DNA of 64,000 nt from a virus: the IMG/VR virus record IMGVR_UViG_3300025030_000011, positions 4,680 through 68,679 of that record. One strand, 5' to 3'. Position numbers and translations under genes: made by a program. The notes under the pieces were generated by a model. That model was not told the DNA's origin. It saw nothing but the letters and a program-made list of their open reading frames with translations, and made no database searches. Positions 59,299 through 64,000 of the stretch are shown here, one piece after another. The stretch's first letter is position 1. Each line of letters begins with the position of its first letter.

Positions 59299-59613
59299 AT
59301 GAGTGCTGGGGAATACGGTGGCCGTGTCCTACGCAAATTTGAGGGAGGGGGTAAGACCTGGATTTCAGGTGCAACCCTCTCCCCAGAAGATGTAGCTGAA
59401 TGGCCTTATGCAAATAAAATGGCTTTACATAGAGTTGGGAAAGTAGAATGGTTTGGGAAACCTGACGCTGAAGAACTTTCCGCAAGGGGAGTTAAAGATG
59501 TATCTAAAAAAGCTGAATCAAGCGAAACCAAATCACCTGTGAAGGCAAAAGAGGTACAGCCTAAGAGTAAGCGAACTACTAAAGCTAAAATCTCTCCCAA
59601 GGCTAAGAAATAA
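59299..59613 (+). CDS. Hypothetical head-associated protein
   Basis: Follows the MCP; basic tail. Confidence 0.55.
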   Translation: MSAGEYGGRVLRKFEGGGKTWISGATLSPEDVAEWPYANKMALHRVGKVEWFGKPDAEELSARGVKDVSKKAESSETKSPVKAKEVQPKSKRTTKAKISPKAKK

Positions 59614-59670
59614 ACCTAAACCACCTGTGAGTTTACCGGGGGTACAAACAAACCCTTAAAGGAGGGTAAA

Positions 59671-60114
59671 ATGCCGACAGGTTTTGTAGGAAGAACAAGA
59701 GGTAAGAAAGCCTATGATGCACTTTTTGTAGGTGGGAAACAACTGGCTACTGATGTTACATTTGCAATAGCCGCTGGCGGTTCAAATGTATGTGAAGTAA
59801 CTTTGCAAGTTTGTGATAAAGACGGTGTAGCAATAGCCGGTTGCCAAGTGCTTGATGTTTATCTTTCTGATGCAGCAACAGGAATTGGCATTACAGGGAC
59901 TTCCGCTTCTGGAACAGTACAAGCTAAATCTGCTTGCGGTACTGATGTAGGTATCCTTACTGCTAAAAAAGCTTTGCGTATAGTAACTCTTGCTGATGGT
60001 AGTTATATTCTTGAAATTACAGATAGTGCAAAAACTGGGTTTTATGTTGTTGCTACTACTTCTGTGGGCACGATTGAAGTTTCAAGAGTTCTGGCAACTG
60101 CTGATTTTGGGTAA
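59671..60114 (+). CDS. Hypothetical virion protein
   Basis: AGGAGG RBS; beta-rich. Confidence 0.55.
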   Translation: MPTGFVGRTRGKKAYDALFVGGKQLATDVTFAIAAGGSNVCEVTLQVCDKDGVAIAGCQVLDVYLSDAATGIGITGTSASGTVQAKSACGTDVGILTAKKALRIVTLADGSYILEITDSAKTGFYVVATTSVGTIEVSRVLATADFG

Positions 60115-60120
60115 TAGTAT

Positions 60121-60146
60121 AGCAGGGGCGTAAAAACCCCTGCTTT
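60121..60146 (+). terminator. Intrinsic terminator
   Basis: AGCAGGGG...CCCCTGCT followed by Ts. Confidence 0.65.
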
Positions 60147-60179
60147 AACTTTGTAAATAACCTCATAGGAGGATTATAT

Positions 60180-60623
60180 ATGACTTGGAGTTATTCTGGG
60201 AATCCTGCAAGTTCTGATAAAGACACAGTACGTTTTTTAGTAGGTGACACAAAAACAGATGATCCTTTAGTAACAGATGAAGAAATAGATTGGGCCATAA
60301 CAGAAGAAATAAATAAATATTGTGCTGCTGCATTGATAGCAGAGAGCATTTCAGCATATTTTGCAACACAAGCGGATTTAGTAAAAATTGGGCCTATTTG
60401 GGAACAGTATACAAAACGATCTGAGAATTATGCAAAGAAAGCAAAAGATCTTAGAAATAAATCAAGTAATAAAAATACCTTTGCTGTGTACGCCGGGGGA
60501 ATAGATATAGCTGATAAAATAAATCATTATAACGATACAACATTGATTCAACCTGAATTTACTAAAGGCTTTACAGATATGGACGCTGTTGATACAACCC
60601 CAACTGATGTAAGGTATAGTTAA
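60180..60623 (+). CDS. Head-tail adaptor
   Basis: MTWSYSG.P...D.VRFL.GDT...DEEI. Confidence 0.75.
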   Translation: MTWSYSGNPASSDKDTVRFLVGDTKTDDPLVTDEEIDWAITEEINKYCAAALIAESISAYFATQADLVKIGPIWEQYTKRSENYAKKAKDLRNKSSNKNTFAVYAGGIDIADKINHYNDTTLIQPEFTKGFTDMDAVDTTPTDVRYS

Positions 60624-60624
60624 T

Positions 60625-61251
60625 ATGTCTGACTTTTCAACTAAAATGCGTGATGGTACAGCTACACGCTTAATAACAAAATATGGAATAACTGTAACAT
60701 TTAGAAGGAATTACTCTAAAGTTCCAAATGCAGCAGCAGGTACAACAGTTTCAACAATATATAAATCTGGGGTAACAATAGCAGCAGTAAGTGATGGTTT
60801 CACAGATAGTGCAAATGAATTTGTAAGTAAAGGGTTTGCTGTAGGACAATATATAAATGTGTCTGGTTTTACTTCTGGGGGGATTAATACTGGATATACG
60901 ATTGCTACTGTTAATGCAAATAAAATAACAACCACGGTTGCTCCAAGCACTACAGAAATAGCCGGGGATATTGTAGCAATAGAAGCAAAATATATTTCAT
61001 ATACATGCAAAGGAATACAGCAAGCATATAAAGATAAAGATATTGATGGAACGATTATCCGAACAGGTGATATGCAACTTTTACTTACATCTACATATAC
61101 AGATAGTCTTGGAGTAAAACAAACATTGCCCGTAAACCCTATTCCAAAAGATATATTGATTATTCAGAATGCAGTTTGGCAAATAGTAAATAACGAAATT
61201 TTAGCTCCGGCAGGTATACCTATAATACATACGTTACAAATAAGAACTTAG
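60625..61251 (+). CDS. Head-closure protein with inserted beta domain
   Basis: RLI.KYG, IDGT.I..GD, PAG......Q.R. Confidence 0.65.
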   Translation: MSDFSTKMRDGTATRLITKYGITVTFRRNYSKVPNAAAGTTVSTIYKSGVTIAAVSDGFTDSANEFVSKGFAVGQYINVSGFTSGGINTGYTIATVNANKITTTVAPSTTEIAGDIVAIEAKYISYTCKGIQQAYKDKDIDGTIIRTGDMQLLLTSTYTDSLGVKQTLPVNPIPKDILIIQNAVWQIVNNEILAPAGIPIIHTLQIRT

Positions 61252-61259
61252 GTTATTTT

Positions 61260-61706
61260 ATGATTAAAGATATCCAAAAATTTAAATTGGATTTAACTAG
61301 GTTTTATGAAGTTGTTATACCGGCAAATCATTTGGAGTTTCAAAAAAAGATAGCTTTAAGATTACATCAACTGATTGTTACTCGAAATAGTGATATGCCT
61401 AAACATCCAGTTAAAACTGGATGGGCTGTAAATAATTGGGACTGTAGAGCCTATGCAACATTTAAGCGCCCTCCTACAAAACCTATAGGAAAACAACCCC
61501 CAGAAGAAGGTGGGCAAGTTCTAAGCGCGAGAAGTGTAACAAGTCAAGTATCAGCAGCTAAACCTTATGGGATAATTTGGATATATAATAATGTACCGTA
61601 TATAACAGTTCTTGAAAATGGGCATTCTACGCAAGCCTCTTTAGGTATGGTGTCAGGTGCATTAAATGATTTACAAATTTATATAAACCAAAAAGGATTC
61701 TTATAA
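61260..61706 (+). CDS. HK97 gp10-like tail completion protein
   Basis: PV.TG....W, NNVPYI..LE.GHS.QA..GMV. Confidence 0.75.
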   Translation: MIKDIQKFKLDLTRFYEVVIPANHLEFQKKIALRLHQLIVTRNSDMPKHPVKTGWAVNNWDCRAYATFKRPPTKPIGKQPPEEGGQVLSARSVTSQVSAAKPYGIIWIYNNVPYITVLENGHSTQASLGMVSGALNDLQIYINQKGFL

Positions 61707-62113
61707 TGGGCGTGAGTACAATACATACCGAAATAAGAACTAAATTTATAACAGTTTGGACAGATCAAACGACAATAGCTTTTCCCAATTCAGAATTTAA
61801 CCCACCCAATTTAGATACAGGGGAATGGTGTAGACTTACCATTGTAGATGGGGAACAACGACAATTAAATATAGGTGCTGCAACAAACACCTTTCGGGAT
61901 ACAGGTCAAATAATAGTACAAGTATTCACTCCGTTAAACACTGGAGAAACAAGAGGGTTAGTTTTAGGTGATACTATAGCAGATGCTTTTAGAAATTATA
62001 GCGGTACACAATTACGTTGTAGAGAAGCTAAAGTGAAAGGTATAGGAATAACAGACGATGGTTGGAATCAAACTAATGTGATAATTTCATTTCTTTGGGA
62101 CAATTTGTATTAA
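61706..62113 (+). CDS. Tail terminator protein
   Basis: PN..F.PP, G...VQVF.P..G, W.Q.NV. Confidence 0.7.
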   Translation: MGVSTIHTEIRTKFITVWTDQTTIAFPNSEFNPPNLDTGEWCRLTIVDGEQRQLNIGAATNTFRDTGQIIVQVFTPLNTGETRGLVLGDTIADAFRNYSGTQLRCREAKVKGIGITDDGWNQTNVIISFLWDNLY

Positions 62114-62136
62114 ATCACAGAAAAGGAGAGTAAGGA

Positions 62137-62325
62137 ATGATCGAACTTTTGGAAAAGCAGATGATTAATGGTGAAGAAGTAAGCGGTGGGGTTAAAATAT
62201 CATTAAGTGCTTTAGAAGAGAATGTTTTGGTTGCTCATGGAAAAGCTAAATTTGTGGAAGAAGAAAAACAGCTTACTTTACCTAAAGAAGAAAACACTTT
62301 CAAAAATAAAGGGGGTAGAAACTAA
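62137..62325 (+). CDS. Hypothetical protein
   Basis: RBS; upstream of the tail tube gene. Confidence 0.45.
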   Translation: MIELLEKQMINGEEVSGGVKISLSALEENVLVAHGKAKFVEEEKQLTLPKEENTFKNKGGRN

Positions 62326-63506
62326 TGGCCGAAACGACTGGGTATTCTGTTGGGACGGATACGAACAATCTTGTAGCAACATATTGCGTTGAAACTGCTT
62401 GGGGAGTTATTAATACTCCTGCTGATGGTAAAATTTGTAGACTTAATTCTGAAGGTTTTGGGAAAACTAAAACTAGGACTCGTCCTAGTGAGATTACTAC
62501 AGCAGGTCAAGTTTCTGGTGCTGTAACAACTGGCGTTTCTACCAAAGGTGATTTGAAAGTTAGTATTTCTGCTGGTTCTCATTTTGATTTGCTTGCTGCT
62601 TCTTTGATGAATGTTGCTGAAACAGCGGCCACTATCACAGCTATTACAATTGCTGCTACTGGAACAGGTTTTACAGATTCAGGAAATGGTTTTGTAACAG
62701 CAGGGCTTGTTGCAGGTCAATGGGTTAGGGTTACTGGTTTTGCTGGAGCTACTGTAAATGGATATTATCAGCTTCTTACGGTTGCTGCCGGTACTGTTAC
62801 AACTCTTCCTGCACCTGGGGCTACTGAAGCAGCAACACCTTCTGTAACTATCGCTGGACAACGTGTAAAAAACAGCAATTCTTTTTATAGCGTGTTTTTT
62901 GAAAAGAAACTGGGTACAAGTTTGTATCTTACTTACCCCGGTTCTTTTCCTACGGGTGGCTCAATTAGTGCAAATTCAGGTGGATATTTTGAAGGTTCAC
63001 TTAGTTTTATTGGGAAAGATGAAGTTAAAGGAACTGCAACAGTTTTTAGCGGTACAGTAACAGCAGCTAACTCAAACAATATTATTGATACTGTAGGTGG
63101 TTTTGGTGCAATCTATCGTGGTACTTCTTTGCTTGCAGGTACTATCACAAAGGTTGATGTAAACTGGAGTCAGTCTGCAAGAGAACAAAGAGGTATGGGT
63201 TCTTCTGCAACACAAGGCATAGGCAAAGGTCTTATCGAAGCAAAAGGCTCTATTGAAATGTATTTTGCAAACTTTAGTTTATATGATGAAGCTGTAAGCG
63301 AAACAGGCTCTATGTTTTCTTTCAGGGGTCTGGATGCTTCAGGCAACGGATATATTATAACGGGTGGTAATGTTAAACTGCTAAATCCCAAGATTGTTGC
63401 AGGTGGGCCAGGTCAAGATGTTATGGCGTCATTTGAATTAGAGTTTAATCCTACTTCTACAAGTTCTGTTTTTGGTGGAAGTACAATACAAATTGACAAA
63501 GTGTAA
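62325..63506 (+). CDS. Major tail (tube) protein
   Basis: E..WG..P, SEI, G.I.MYF....Y; position. Confidence 0.8.
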   Translation: MAETTGYSVGTDTNNLVATYCVETAWGVINTPADGKICRLNSEGFGKTKTRTRPSEITTAGQVSGAVTTGVSTKGDLKVSISAGSHFDLLAASLMNVAETAATITAITIAATGTGFTDSGNGFVTAGLVAGQWVRVTGFAGATVNGYYQLLTVAAGTVTTLPAPGATEAATPSVTIAGQRVKNSNSFYSVFFEKKLGTSLYLTYPGSFPTGGSISANSGGYFEGSLSFIGKDEVKGTATVFSGTVTAANSNNIIDTVGGFGAIYRGTSLLAGTITKVDVNWSQSAREQRGMGSSATQGIGKGLIEAKGSIEMYFANFSLYDEAVSETGSMFSFRGLDASGNGYIITGGNVKLLNPKIVAGGPGQDVMASFELEFNPTSTSSVFGGSTIQIDKV

Positions 63507-63519
63507 TTCGTCAAAGTTT

Positions 63520-63576
63520 GGCGGGTTACGACTTCCTCCCGTAAGTGAGAGATTTGCTCTCTTAGCCGCCTTTTTT
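63520..63576 (+). terminator. Branched terminator-like structure
   Basis: GGCGG...CCGCC followed by T6, enclosing two sub-hairpins. Confidence 0.55.
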
Positions 63577-63690
63577 GTTTTCAGGCAGGTAAGCACTAGG
63601 GGGAAAGGTAGAAAATAGCTTAGAATCAAAACCAAGACATATTTTAGCCCCTCTTCGGAGGGGTATTCTAGCAAAAGTGAGGAAAGTAAA

Positions 63691-64000
63691 ATGAGCAACC
63701 CGTATGAAGCGTATGAAACCGATGAACAGATTGTGGAAAGTGGTCTTGTATTGACGTATGACACATGCAAAATTAGAGTTACTTTTGCTGACTCTGAAGT
63801 AAACAAGATGTATGACAAGCTTCTGAAAGCTAAATTGAAACCGTATCGCCATCAAATTGACATCGAAACTTTCACAGACGATGCTTATTTCAATGTGCTT
63901 AAAGAAGTTTATGCTTCAACAGTAGTAAAAGGCTGGGAATCTAAGAATGAAGCTGGGGAATTTGTAGTAGGTATTCAAGATAAAACTGGAACAATTCTTC
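63691..64000 (+). CDS. Tail assembly chaperone (3'-truncated)
   Basis: MSNPYEAYETD...KPYR...VVKGWE; follows the tail tube gene. Confidence 0.7.
   Translation, partial: MSNPYEAYETDEQIVESGLVLTYDTCKIRVTFADSEVNKMYDKLLKAKLKPYRHQIDIETFTDDAYFNVLKEVYASTVVKGWESKNEAGEFVVGIQDKTGTIL

Noticed and set aside
1-64000. Stop-codon reassignment or introns/inteins explaining split genes
   Set aside because: Large genes are intact in the standard code; no intron or intein signatures recognised

Overview
This is a near-complete, circularly permuted genome of a long-tailed dsDNA phage (siphovirus-like). The window starts inside the tape-measure gene and ends in the tail-assembly chaperone. + strand 1-7.4 kb holds distal tail genes. 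- strand 7.5-45.8 kb holds a large replication/recombination/early block: split SbcCD, RuvC-like, RecA, SSB-like, HU, DnaX, ThyX, family-B Pol, beta clamp, glycosyltransferase, DnaB, DnaC, an initiator with iterons, primase, SNF2 helicase and a MoxR/VWA module. 45.8-47.1 kb is a non-coding strand switch. + strand 47-64 kb holds terminase, lysis, head and tail genes. I saw no integrase, tRNA, CRISPR array or reverse transcriptase. Spanin-like genes imply a Gram-negative host. An HgtR-like regulator, a dockerin-like segment and CXXCH motifs hint at Geobacteraceae (inference). Two patterns stand out. (1) Many unrelated packaging and recombination proteins share an N-terminal M-x-R-T-T-G tag encoded by different codons. 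(2) Four leader-plus-(Ser-X)n dipeptide-repeat microgenes sit around an Sm-fold-like gene. All protein calls come from motif recognition by eye, with no database searches.
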